NCBI GenBank assembly: GCA_963667035.1
Contig: OY762964.1
Span: 1,216,001 to 1,280,000, forward strand
Length of the DNA: 64,000 bases
Origin: Candidatus Cloacimonadales bacterium
Lineage (GTDB): Bacteria; Cloacimonadota; Cloacimonadia; Cloacimonadales; JAFGVF01
Direction of reading: 5' to 3'
Under the pieces are notes generated by a model. That model searched no databases and was not told the origin of the DNA. It saw nothing but the letters and a program-made list of their open reading frames with translations. Shown in pieces: positions 11,856 through 21,714 of the stretch; position 1 is the first letter of the stretch, and each line of letters begins with the position of its first letter. The translations under genes were made by a program, and so were the position numbers.

Positions 11856-12828
11856 TATAGATTCTTTAAAAACATTGAGTTTAGCTGTATCAGACATTAA
11901 AAAAGAGTTAAAGAAAGTTATAATTGGTCAAGATCAGGTTGTAACAGAGATACTAATTGCTCTGTTTGCGGATGGGCATATCTTACTTGAAGGAGTTCCG
12001 GGACTTGCTAAAACACTCATGATATCGAGTTTGGCAAAAGTATTGAATCTGAAGTTTAGTAGAATTCAGTTCACGCCTGATTTGATGCCTTCCGATATTA
12101 CCGGGACAGATATTCTAGCTACTGATGATTCGGGCAAAAGAGCTTTCAATTATATCAAAGGTCCTGTCTTTGCTAATGTGATTTTAGCTGATGAAATCAA
12201 TAGAACACCTCCTAAAACACAGGCAGCTATGTTACAGGCTATGCAAGAGAAACAGGTAACTGCAGGTAATGATACTTTTAACCTTGAACCTCCGTTCCTT
12301 GTACTTGCTACTCAGAATCCTATTGAACAAGAGGGTACTTATCCTCTACCTGAAGCACAATTAGATAGATTCATGTTCAAGATAAGTATTGTTTATCCAA
12401 CACATGAAGAAGAGATTGATATTGTGAAATCAACAACTTTTGGCAACCAAGCAGTAATTAAACCTATTCTTAGTTCAGAAGAGATTATTAATATTCAAAA
12501 AAGTATCAGACAGATTCCCGTCAGTGACCATGTACTGGAGTTTGCAGTTAGCCTTGTCAGAGCAACTAGACCTTCAGAGGATACAATTCCGGAATCTATA
12601 AGAAAATGGATTTCATGGGGAGCAGGTCCAAGAGCATCACAATACCTTGTTCTTGCTGCAAAAACAAAAGCTGCTATGGAGGGAAGATTAACACCATCAG
12701 AAGAAGATGTTTGTTCCGTAGCATTGATTGTTCTAAGGCATAGAATTTTAGTCTCTTTTGCTGCTCAAGCCGAAGGGTTAACACCGGAAGAGGTAATTAA
12801 AAAGCTAATTGATGAGATAAGAAAATGA
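11848..12828 (+). CDS. moxR: MoxR-family AAA+ ATPase
   Basis: LEGVPGLAKT, RIQFTPDLMPSD, LADEINRTPPKTQ, ATQNPIEQEGTYPLPEAQLDRF. Confidence 0.95.
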   Translation: MSNIDSLKTLSLAVSDIKKELKKVIIGQDQVVTEILIALFADGHILLEGVPGLAKTLMISSLAKVLNLKFSRIQFTPDLMPSDITGTDILATDDSGKRAFNYIKGPVFANVILADEINRTPPKTQAAMLQAMQEKQVTAGNDTFNLEPPFLVLATQNPIEQEGTYPLPEAQLDRFMFKISIVYPTHEEEIDIVKSTTFGNQAVIKPILSSEEIINIQKSIRQIPVSDHVLEFAVSLVRATRPSEDTIPESIRKWISWGAGPRASQYLVLAAKTKAAMEGRLTPSEEDVCSVALIVLRHRILVSFAAQAEGLTPEEVIKKLIDEIRK

Positions 12829-13742
12829 GAAAAAGCATATTTACTCTACTCCTGATAATGTTTACTTTTAGCCTTTGTGCTCAAGATGTTAGATATTTAA
12901 GATTAGTTTCTTCTGTAAATCTTGATAATGCTAAGCAAATAGCTATAAGTGATGATAAACTCATCGTTCTGAATAATAATGAGATTTATCATTATGACAC
13001 TTTTTCACCTGTTTTCCCATACTTAAAAGAAGTTTATGATGTAAATGGAGAAATTGGTGATATGATGTTGATAGATCAGAAAGTATTGGTAGCATCTGAG
13101 AACATTAATATCAAGATTACTAGAAGGGATACAATCACTACAGCTATGAATAAGTTGAACTTTCAAATGTTTAATGGATCGTCATTAGTCCAAGAAGGAT
13201 CGAATGTTTATATCGGGCATTCGGAAACAGGACTTTATATTGAAGACATAAGACGAGGTTCAATAAGTCAATATCATGATACTCATGGGATATTATCATT
13301 AGCGGCAGAGTGGCCAAATGTTTACGCTGTTAACTCGATGGGATTAGAAACGGTAGATATTGATGATATTTACAATCCCAAAGAACTTGGGCGAAACAAC
13401 AACATCTTTCATCCAAGAGCTATTCAGGTCTCTGGTAGTAAATGTATTATTGGAACCACCAACCAATTAGTGTTTGTTGATGTTAAAGATCCTGCGGATC
13501 CAATTGTAACAAAAACTATAAGACTTAATCATGAAGTTGAAGATATTGAGATTAAGGATGAAGAAGCGTATATTGCTCTTGGCTTGGGTGGTTTAATTGT
13601 TTATAATATAACTGATGTAAAAAAACCTTTAAGATTGGACGATTATAGTACAAGAGGTTTTTGTAGCGACATTGAAATAATGGCTGATTACATCTATGTT
13701 GCCAATGGAAACGCAGGTGTAATCATTCTTAAATTTGATTAA
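12825..13742 (+). CDS. Secreted LVIVD-repeat beta-propeller protein
   Basis: Signal peptide; repeats GLETVDIDDIYNP, LVFVDVKDPADP, AYIALG.GGLIVYNI, YIYVANGNAGV. Confidence 0.8.
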   Translation: MRKSIFTLLLIMFTFSLCAQDVRYLRLVSSVNLDNAKQIAISDDKLIVLNNNEIYHYDTFSPVFPYLKEVYDVNGEIGDMMLIDQKVLVASENINIKITRRDTITTAMNKLNFQMFNGSSLVQEGSNVYIGHSETGLYIEDIRRGSISQYHDTHGILSLAAEWPNVYAVNSMGLETVDIDDIYNPKELGRNNNIFHPRAIQVSGSKCIIGTTNQLVFVDVKDPADPIVTKTIRLNHEVEDIEIKDEEAYIALGLGGLIVYNITDVKKPLRLDDYSTRGFCSDIEIMADYIYVANGNAGVIILKFD

Positions 13743-13752
13743 GGAGTGATTT

Positions 13753-14418
13753 ATGAAAAAGTTATTGTATATTCTAATCCCATTTATGTTTCTTATTGCA
13801 TGTGATGACCGAAAACCTGATTATGCAGACTTAAATTTTGATATAACAGAAGATGCTGTATATAATAGAAACAATTATAATGAATTCAATATAACAGTTC
13901 AACTTTCAGGAAAGAAAGATAAGATTGCCTACAAGTATGTGTATTTTGAATTCGATCATGATGTTGCTACATTTTTTGGAGGATCAACCTACTCAAATGT
14001 CCAAACAGATGAAAATGGATATGCCGAAGCTGAGCTATACATCATGGACTTTGATTACAGAGGTGAATTCCATATTCAAGCATCGTATGAAAATCAAAGT
14101 GTAACTCGTACAATCATGGTCGAAGATATCCCCAATATAGCAATTTTAACTGCAGATCCAGAAACTATACCTGCCGATGGAGCTTCCCAATCAAGAATAA
14201 GATTTGAGCTAACTAGTCCTTCAGACAACATTGTTAATCAAAGGATAAATTTTACTTCAAATTTAGGTAACCTAGTACCCAATACTATTCTTACGAACGA
14301 AGAAGGTAAAGGAGAGATTATATTTGTCTCAGGAGAGGAGGTCGGGGCTGCTACTATAGTTGCAGAATTAGCTATTTGTCCTGAAGAAAAAAGCTATGTA
14401 TATGTAGTATGTGAGTAA
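13753..14418 (+). CDS. Lipoprotein with invasin/Big_1-like Ig domains
   Basis: Lipobox LIAC; TDENGYA, ADPETIPADG, TNEEGKG..F motifs. Confidence 0.75.
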   Translation: MKKLLYILIPFMFLIACDDRKPDYADLNFDITEDAVYNRNNYNEFNITVQLSGKKDKIAYKYVYFEFDHDVATFFGGSTYSNVQTDENGYAEAELYIMDFDYRGEFHIQASYENQSVTRTIMVEDIPNIAILTADPETIPADGASQSRIRFELTSPSDNIVNQRINFTSNLGNLVPNTILTNEEGKGEIIFVSGEEVGAATIVAELAICPEEKSYVYVVCE

Positions 14419-14424
14419 CAATAG

Positions 14425-14871
14425 ATGAATCAACTGAAGTTAGGAGATAGTATTGCTTCAATTCATCAATTGGAGAAAGGTAAGAAGTTAAGCCGACCCC
14501 TAATTGGGAGTTTCATACAAGCCGGTTTCCCATCTCCTGCCACAGATTACATTGAGAAGTCTCTTGATCTTAATGAGTTTTTAATTGAACATCCGGCTGC
14601 TACTTATTTTATTAGAGTTGATGGATACTCAATGTTAAATGCAGGAATAAATCCGGATGACATATTGATAGTGGATAGAGCTATTGAAGCATCTAACAAC
14701 AAAATAGTGATAGCTGTATACGATGGAGAATTAACCGTTAAGAAACTCAAAATTAGAGAAGGTGTTTATTATCTTGTCCCTGAAAATTCTCAATACAATG
14801 AGATTCAGATTACCGGAGAGGTTGACTTCTCAATTTGGGGAGTAGTTACATTTATAATACATAAAGCTTGA
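14425..14871 (+). CDS. umuD: DNA polymerase V autoproteolytic subunit
   Basis: AGFPSPA cleavage site, GYSM Ser, VKKL Lys, WGVV. Confidence 0.95.
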   Translation: MNQLKLGDSIASIHQLEKGKKLSRPLIGSFIQAGFPSPATDYIEKSLDLNEFLIEHPAATYFIRVDGYSMLNAGINPDDILIVDRAIEASNNKIVIAVYDGELTVKKLKIREGVYYLVPENSQYNEIQITGEVDFSIWGVVTFIIHKA

Positions 14872-14872
14872 A

Positions 14873-16156
14873 ATGCCAATATCCCCCAACAGTAAGATTT
14901 ATGCTTTAGTTGATTGTAATAGCTTTTATGCTTCTTGTGAGAGAGTGTTTCGTCCTGATTTAAAAGGTAAACCCATTGCAGTGTTATCAAACAATGATGG
15001 TTGTATTGTAGCTCGATCTCCCGAACTAAAGAAGCTTAATGTCCCCATGGGGGCACCTGCTTTTAAATATGAAGAGAAGATCGTAAAAGCAGGAGGCGTA
15101 ATATTCTCGTCAAACTATGAGTTATATGCAGACTTATCTAATAGAGTTATGACAGTGTTAGAATTATTTACACCTGAATTGGAAATATACTCTATTGATG
15201 AAGCTTTTCTATTACTGACTGGATTTAAAGATAGAGATTTAACTGAGCTTGGTAATGAGATTAGGAATACTGTAAATAAATGGACAGGGATACCAGTATC
15301 TGTTGGTATAGGGGCGACTAAAACGCAAGCTAAAATTGCTAACCATATTGCAAAAAGATATGCTAAATTCAAGAACGTTTTTTCACTTTACAGACATCCA
15401 AATATTGATACGGTCTTAGACTATGTGGCAGTTGATGATATATGGGGGATAGGCAGACAATACTCAAGATTTCTCATTCAAAATGGTATTAAAACAGCAA
15501 AGCAGTTAAGGGATACCGATCTTCAATGGATAAAAAAATATATGACAGTTATGGGAGCTAGAACCGTTCTTGAATTAAAAGGTATAGATTGCCTCGAACT
15601 TGATATGGTGGAGTCACCAAAGAAAGGTATTGTTTCTTCCAGATCATTCGGGAAACCTGTTGAATCTTTAATCGATTTAGAAGAAGCTGTATCTACCTAC
15701 ATGACTAGAGCTTGTGAGAAACTGAGAAATCAGGGGTCAATTGCTTCTTATATCTCTGTATTCTTGGGAACAAATAGATTTAAACCGGAAGCTCAATATT
15801 CGAATTCTTTAACAACTCAGCTAAAAGAACCAACAGCCTATACTCCAACTATGATTGAAACAGCCGTTAAACTGCTTAAAGTTATTTACAGATCAAATTT
15901 TTACTATAAAAAAGCCGGAGTTATGCTGACTGGAATAGTAAATCAATATAATGTCCCACCGGATGCCTTTGAACCTGCATATGTAGATGATAGAACAAAA
16001 AAGGTTATGGATACTATAGACTCATTAAATAATGTCCTAGGTAGAGATACTTTGTATTATGCTAGTAATGGCTGTAAACAAGAATGGCATATGAGAAGGG
16101 AGAAACTTTCACCGAAATATTCTACAAACTGGAAAGATATTCCTACGGTAAAATAA
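14873..16156 (+). CDS. umuC: DNA polymerase V catalytic subunit (Y-family)
   Basis: ALVDCNSFYASCE, VLSNNDGC, YSIDEAF, SRSFG, C-terminal W.MRR..LSP.Y.T.W. Confidence 0.95.
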   Translation: MPISPNSKIYALVDCNSFYASCERVFRPDLKGKPIAVLSNNDGCIVARSPELKKLNVPMGAPAFKYEEKIVKAGGVIFSSNYELYADLSNRVMTVLELFTPELEIYSIDEAFLLLTGFKDRDLTELGNEIRNTVNKWTGIPVSVGIGATKTQAKIANHIAKRYAKFKNVFSLYRHPNIDTVLDYVAVDDIWGIGRQYSRFLIQNGIKTAKQLRDTDLQWIKKYMTVMGARTVLELKGIDCLELDMVESPKKGIVSSRSFGKPVESLIDLEEAVSTYMTRACEKLRNQGSIASYISVFLGTNRFKPEAQYSNSLTTQLKEPTAYTPTMIETAVKLLKVIYRSNFYYKKAGVMLTGIVNQYNVPPDAFEPAYVDDRTKKVMDTIDSLNNVLGRDTLYYASNGCKQEWHMRREKLSPKYSTNWKDIPTVK

Positions 16157-16263
16157 ATTGTAGCAATACTTGTATAGTGTGTATAAACATTTTTTTGTTG
16201 TTCAAATATTAAGCGATGATTATTTTGACCAGAATTATAGATTATTAACGATTTAGAGGAGAT

Positions 16264-19200
16264 ATGATGAGAAACCGCTTACTAATCGTTATACTTCTGT
16301 TGCTGGTTTTTAGTTTGTTCAGCACACAGGAATATAAAGTAAACTTCCCAAAGTTAGAATCAAAAACATTAGCAGATAGCAGATTACCAATGATTTACAA
16401 TCCGGGTAGTCCCAAACTTCCATATAAGACCGTGAAACTCCTTATCCCACAAGGAATGAAACTTGATAATATTTCAGTTATCGAAAGTAATACAACAATC
16501 AAGAATGGTATTGAAATTGATTTTGTAAGAGAACAAAAAACAATAAGCGATAAATCACCAGATTATACCAAAAAGAACTCTAGATTATATAGTAGTTATA
16601 CAGTTTATCCGACCGAATCATATAGAATTCTTTCAAGACAAACTATGAATGGATATTCAATTCAAACGATAGCTTTATTTCCATATAGATACAATCCTGT
16701 TGCAAAAAAGCTTTACCAAACTGAAAGTATGACAATTGTTCCAAGTTTCGTTGGCAATACAAAATACACTGGTTCAAAGATGCTAAGTATGGCTAAAGAC
16801 GTTAGAAACAAAATTGCCAGCATGGTACTAAATCCCGATACAATAAATAGTTATATAAAAGAGCCCGATACTTACAATAGAAATATACCGGATACTAATA
16901 ATCCTTATGACATGATAATCATTACCGGAGCAGAACAAAGTTCTTGGTTTGCAGATTATGTAACATGGAAAGAATCAAAAGGTATTTCAGCCACAGTAGT
17001 AACGACACAGGACATCTATGCCAACTATGCTGGTATAGATCATGCAGAAATGATAAGGAATTATATTATAGATGCATATCAAGCTTATAGTACTACAACA
17101 AATCCTTTGAAATATGTAATACTCGGTGGAGATGATGAGATTATCCCAATCAGAGGTGTTTATGGAGAAGTCGGAGATAATATAGATTACAATATGCCTT
17201 CAGACCTATATTTTGCATGTTTGGATGGTAATTGGGATAGTAATATGAATTTAGTATTTGGAGAACCAAGCGATGAAGTTGATTATTATCCAGAGATAAG
17301 TGTAGGTCGTATTCCTGCTGAAACTCAAATCGAGTTTGATAATTTCTTTCATAAGGTATATCACTATGTTGATAATACAAGCTATAGTACAAACAAAGCA
17401 GCAATGATAGGAGAGAATCTTAATATGAATCCCATGACATGGGGTGGGGATTATAAAGATGAGATATTAGTTAAGATGCCTGACACTTTTCATATTGAAA
17501 CTCATTATGAAAGAGATGGTACTTTTTCACGCTCTGAAGTAATGGATTGTATCAATAGTGGTGTAAATATAATTAATCATATGGGGCATGCAAACCAAAG
17601 CTTTTTAATGGGAATGGTTACATCTAGCGTATCAAGCTTAACCAATACAGACTATGGTTTCCTTTTCAGTCAAGGTTGCTATCCGGCAGCTTTTGATGAA
17701 GGAACAAGTCAAACCAGTGAGTCTATAGCAGAAAACTTTATCATCAGACCTGGTGGATTGATGGCCTTTATTGGAAATACACGATATGGATGGTATTATC
17801 CTGGTTCAACTGATGGTGCTTCTCAATTCTATGACCGTTCCTTTTTTGATGCTCTTTATGAAGAGAACATAAAGGAATTAGGGGCTGCTCATGAGTACTG
17901 TTTACTAGACAATGTTGATCAAATTGACATGAATCCTGTAATGAGATGGTGCCACATGGAGCTTATTTTGTTTGGTGATCCATCAATTGAACTTAGAGAT
18001 CCTGTTGACAATATGCCAAATCTTGAACTCGTGGATGTTGAGTACTCAGATGTAAATGGCGATAATGATGGAAACATGAATCCTGGAGAATCAATTATGA
18101 TTCATCCTGTTATTCATAATATTGAAGGATGGGATTCTGCAGAGCAAGTTACAATTGAACTAATAAATGCAGAAGAACCTATTGAGATAACACAGAGTAC
18201 TATAGCTCTTGGACAAATCCCTGCGAATGAAACTATAAATCCTTCAGATAGTTTTGAAGTAAGCTTACCTTATGAAATTGAGCTTAAAGACTATAATATT
18301 ACAATTAATATAAAAGCTTTCATTAGTGGAGAAGAGGTTTTTAATCGTAGCTTTGATAGCCAGTTCTCGGTAAACTTACTTAATAGCAATTTTCCTTGGA
18401 CAACGAATATCTCAAGTAAATCATCTCCGGTAGTTATTGACTACAATAATGATGGTGCTAATGAAATTCTATATGCAGATAATTTCGGATGTATTAGAAT
18501 ACTTGATGCTACTGGTAATCAAATTGATTCTTTGAATACGAATAGAATAGAGAATATTATGTCTAGCTTTGCTGTAGCTGATATCGATAATGATGAATAT
18601 CTTGATTATGTATTCTGTAGCAGAACAGGGGCTATATATGCACTTAATCACTTAGGAGAATATCTATTTGATTATACTGAAGGAGGTATTTTTATCAAGA
18701 ATCCTGTTATTGCGGATGTTAATAATGATGGCTTCCTTGAAGCAATAGCTATGGATCTTCAGTACAAATTTTACGTATTAGATAATGAAGGTACTCCTCT
18801 TACTGGTTTCCCTAAAACAGTGGATTATGGTGCAGCTTGCTCTCCGGCAATTGCTGATTTAGATAATGACGGATTTAAAGATATAATTGTTGGAGGGTCA
18901 ACAGGATTACTCTATGCATATAACTATTTAGGTAACGTTCTTGAGGGTTTCCCTGTTGACCTAGGTGAACCTATCTATAATAATCCAACAATAATTGATA
19001 ACAACTCTATAGTAGTTGCTACTTCAACACAATTGTTTACAGTTTCTGGTAACGGAGGCATAGAAGCATCGATAAACATATCCAGTCCAATAGCTAATAG
19101 TGTTATTGCTGCTGATTTCTTCCCTGCTGTTGAAGGTGCTGAAATAGCTTTTGTCACATCAAACGGTTCAATATATTTATTAGATAGAAATCTGAATACA

Positions 19201-19860
19201 ATGGATGGTTTTCCTGTTAACACAGGTCTATTATATGCATGGCCTCCATTAGCCGGAGATGTTGATGGTGATGGGAATGTGGACTTACTGGCAATTTCTC
19301 AATCAAATAACATTTATCTGTTACGTAGGGATGGAACTTCATTTGCAGGTTTCCCTTATGACTTACGTTTCAATGGTCATGTTGCATCTCAATTGATAGA
19401 CATTGATTCTGATAATGATTTGGATATTGTTTGTGGTGTTTCATTGGGCATCATGGTTGTTGATACTAAAAGACCTGTCTCAGGACATTTAAACTGGGTG
19501 ACATATAGAGGTGATTTACAGAGAACAGGCAATTACAATTATTTACCTTATGTAGAAAATGAAGAGAATGAGCAGATTACATATAAATCTTGTCTTATAG
19601 GTAATTATCCTAATCCCTTTAATCCGACAACAGCAATAGGCTTTGCTCTAAAACAATCTGAAACAGTATCATTAGTAATATACAATATTAAGGGTCAAAA
19701 AATAAAAACATTAACGAATGAGAAATATGGTTCAGGTGAGCATACAATTGTATGGGACGGAAAGGACTCTGATAATAATTATGTATCAAGCGGTATATAT
19801 TTATATAAATTAAATGCGGGAACTTATACAAAATCCAAGAAAATGATTCTAATGAAATAG
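16264..19860 (+). CDS. Secreted C25 (gingipain-like) cysteine peptidase with FG-GAP repeats and FlgD-Ig/T9SS-type C-terminal domain
   Basis: Signal peptide, propeptide, YVILGGD, VGRIP, NHMGH (His), SQGC (Cys), LFGDP; DxDxDG repeats; GNYPNPFNPTT...KKMILMK. Confidence 0.9.
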   Translation: MMRNRLLIVILLLLVFSLFSTQEYKVNFPKLESKTLADSRLPMIYNPGSPKLPYKTVKLLIPQGMKLDNISVIESNTTIKNGIEIDFVREQKTISDKSPDYTKKNSRLYSSYTVYPTESYRILSRQTMNGYSIQTIALFPYRYNPVAKKLYQTESMTIVPSFVGNTKYTGSKMLSMAKDVRNKIASMVLNPDTINSYIKEPDTYNRNIPDTNNPYDMIIITGAEQSSWFADYVTWKESKGISATVVTTQDIYANYAGIDHAEMIRNYIIDAYQAYSTTTNPLKYVILGGDDEIIPIRGVYGEVGDNIDYNMPSDLYFACLDGNWDSNMNLVFGEPSDEVDYYPEISVGRIPAETQIEFDNFFHKVYHYVDNTSYSTNKAAMIGENLNMNPMTWGGDYKDEILVKMPDTFHIETHYERDGTFSRSEVMDCINSGVNIINHMGHANQSFLMGMVTSSVSSLTNTDYGFLFSQGCYPAAFDEGTSQTSESIAENFIIRPGGLMAFIGNTRYGWYYPGSTDGASQFYDRSFFDALYEENIKELGAAHEYCLLDNVDQIDMNPVMRWCHMELILFGDPSIELRDPVDNMPNLELVDVEYSDVNGDNDGNMNPGESIMIHPVIHNIEGWDSAEQVTIELINAEEPIEITQSTIALGQIPANETINPSDSFEVSLPYEIELKDYNITINIKAFISGEEVFNRSFDSQFSVNLLNSNFPWTTNISSKSSPVVIDYNNDGANEILYADNFGCIRILDATGNQIDSLNTNRIENIMSSFAVADIDNDEYLDYVFCSRTGAIYALNHLGEYLFDYTEGGIFIKNPVIADVNNDGFLEAIAMDLQYKFYVLDNEGTPLTGFPKTVDYGAACSPAIADLDNDGFKDIIVGGSTGLLYAYNYLGNVLEGFPVDLGEPIYNNPTIIDNNSIVVATSTQLFTVSGNGGIEASINISSPIANSVIAADFFPAVEGAEIAFVTSNGSIYLLDRNLNTMDGFPVNTGLLYAWPPLAGDVDGDGNVDLLAISQSNNIYLLRRDGTSFAGFPYDLRFNGHVASQLIDIDSDNDLDIVCGVSLGIMVVDTKRPVSGHLNWVTYRGDLQRTGNYNYLPYVENEENEQITYKSCLIGNYPNPFNPTTAIGFALKQSETVSLVIYNIKGQKIKTLTNEKYGSGEHTIVWDGKDSDNNYVSSGIYLYKLNAGTYTKSKKMILMK

Positions 19861-19880
19861 ATTCCTAGGTTTCTTTTACA

Positions 19881-19902
19881 AGACCGGTCTTATGACCGGT
19901 CT
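19881..19902. repeat. Left target duplication of IS1182 copy 1 (host terminator hairpin)
   Basis: AGACCGGTCTTATGACCGGTCT identical to 21555-21576. Confidence 0.92.
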
Positions 19903-19911
19903 CAGACTGTT

Positions 19912-19952
19912 GACAAAGCTATGAGTAAGATTTCATAGCTTTGTCTTTTTTT
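19912..19952 (+). terminator. IS-internal terminator at IS1182 left end
   Basis: GACAAAGCTATGA-8nt-TCATAGCTTTGTC perfect 13-bp stem + T7. Confidence 0.8.
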
Positions 19953-20022
19953 AGCTTAAAATAAGAACATCAATCATTGACAGATTTCTCCAAATATTAT
20001 ACTTAAACCATCATAATTAGAG

Positions 20023-21490
20023 GTGGTTATGCTTAAAAAAGTTTCTGACACACAGTCCCAAATGGAGTTTGTAATAATAGATGATTTAGTACCGGTAGAT
20101 CACATACTAAGGAAAATCGATAGCGTAATAGATTTTTCATTCATTTTAGATAGAACAGCGCACTACTACCGGTCGTCCTCCAATTCATCCTATTACTCTT
20201 TTCAAAATGCTTTTTATTGGCTATCTATTCGGTATTCGCTCGGAAAGACAATTGGTCAAAGAGATTGAGGTCAATGTGGCTTATCGTTGGTTCTTAGGCT
20301 TTGGATTAACTGATAAAGTACCTCATCACTCAGTCTTCAGTCAAAATCGTAGAAGGCGATTTAATGATAGCAGCGTATTCGAAGAGATTTTTATAGATAT
20401 AGTGAAGTTAGGCATTAAACATGGATTAGTTGATGGAAAGATACTTTATAGCGACTCAACCCATCTAAAGGCAAATGCTAATAAAGGTAAATTCGAGGAT
20501 ATTGAAGTTGAGGTATCCTCCAAGAGTTACTTGGAAGATCTTAACACAAGCGTTGATGAAGATCGGAAGGCTCATGGTAAGAAACCTTTACCTCCTAAGG
20601 ATAACAATCTTAAAGGAGGAGCATCACCTAAAGTAAAAAATATCAAGTCCAGCACAACAGATCCCGATAGTGGCTTTATGACCCGTGATAGAAAGCCTCA
20701 AGGCTTCTTCTACTTAGATCATAGGACAGTCGACCATAAAACGAACTATATAACCGATGTTCACATTACTCCCGGTAATGTAAATGATAGCACCTGCTAT
20801 ATTGACAGGTTACAGTTCCAACAAAAGGTTTATGGTTTTAATGTTCAGGCAGTAGGGCTTGATTCAGGATATGATACAATTAACATTTGTAAGCAACTGG
20901 TAGATATGAATATTATGGGAGTCCTTGGCTACAAAAGACAGGGAGGTAAGAAAGGTCTATTTAAAAAGAACAAATTTACATATAATTCCCGGAAGGATGT
21001 TTACATATGTCCATGTAATAAAGAGTTAAATTATAGAACAACGAGCCGTGATGGCTATAAAGAATACAAGTCGAATCCTAGTGAATGCAAGAATTGTCCA
21101 ATGCTAAGTAAATGTACAGAAAGTAAGTCTTCTCAAAAAGTAATCACTCGTCATGTCTGGGAAGAGAGCAAAGAGATAATCCACAAGAATAGGTTAACAT
21201 TATGTGGGAAAGAGATATACAAGAGGAGAAAGGAAACCATTGAGAGAAGCTTTGCCAATGCAAAGCAACTTCATGGCTACCGATATGCAAAATATCGAGG
21301 AATAGAGCGAGTTCGAGAACAAGCTTATCTAACAGCTATCGTGCAAAATATCAAGAAACTCGTAAAATACCTTTTCAAAGGTAAATTAGGGAAATTAATA
21401 GCAAAATTTATCATCAATTACATGATTTTCAACTCCAATTTACACGAAAATAGAGCTAAATCTCGCATGTTTAGGTTTGGACTCAGTTAA
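20023..21490 (+). pseudogene. IS1182 transposase, frameshifted
   Basis: Versus copy 2, 11 bp (TTTGTATTGTT) are missing at ~20163, splitting the ORF into 20023-20268 and 20207-21490. Confidence 0.9.
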
Positions 21491-21554
21491 AGTGAAGAAA
21501 AATGACTTTCAACAATATATCCATGTAAATTAGAATGTTTTTGTCAACAATCTG

Positions 21555-21576
21555 AGACCGGTCTTATGACCGGTCT
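21555..21576. repeat. Right target duplication of IS1182 copy 1
   Basis: AGACCGGTCTTATGACCGGTCT followed by the original T-rich tail TTGTTTTT. Confidence 0.92.
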
Positions 21577-21714
21577 TTGTTTTTGCTATGAACGTAAGGT
21601 TGCGGACTTTTTTTTGTGTAAGAATATTGTAAACAGCATTTTCCTTAAATCAACAAAACTAGCTATCATTATTCATTTGACACTTGATGTAAATCAGCAA
21701 TTATAGGATTCAAT

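Larger units (their letters stand above)
19903..21554 (+). mobile_element. IS1182-family element, copy 1 (1652 bp)
   Basis: Terminal IRs CAGACTGTTGACAAA / TTTGTCAACAATCTG; near-identical to 46367-48029; ends ambiguous by 1 bp. Confidence 0.93.

Noticed and set aside
20023..20268. Programmed frameshift in the IS1182 transposase
   Set aside because: Copy 2 is a single ORF, and the split is explained by an 11-bp deletion.
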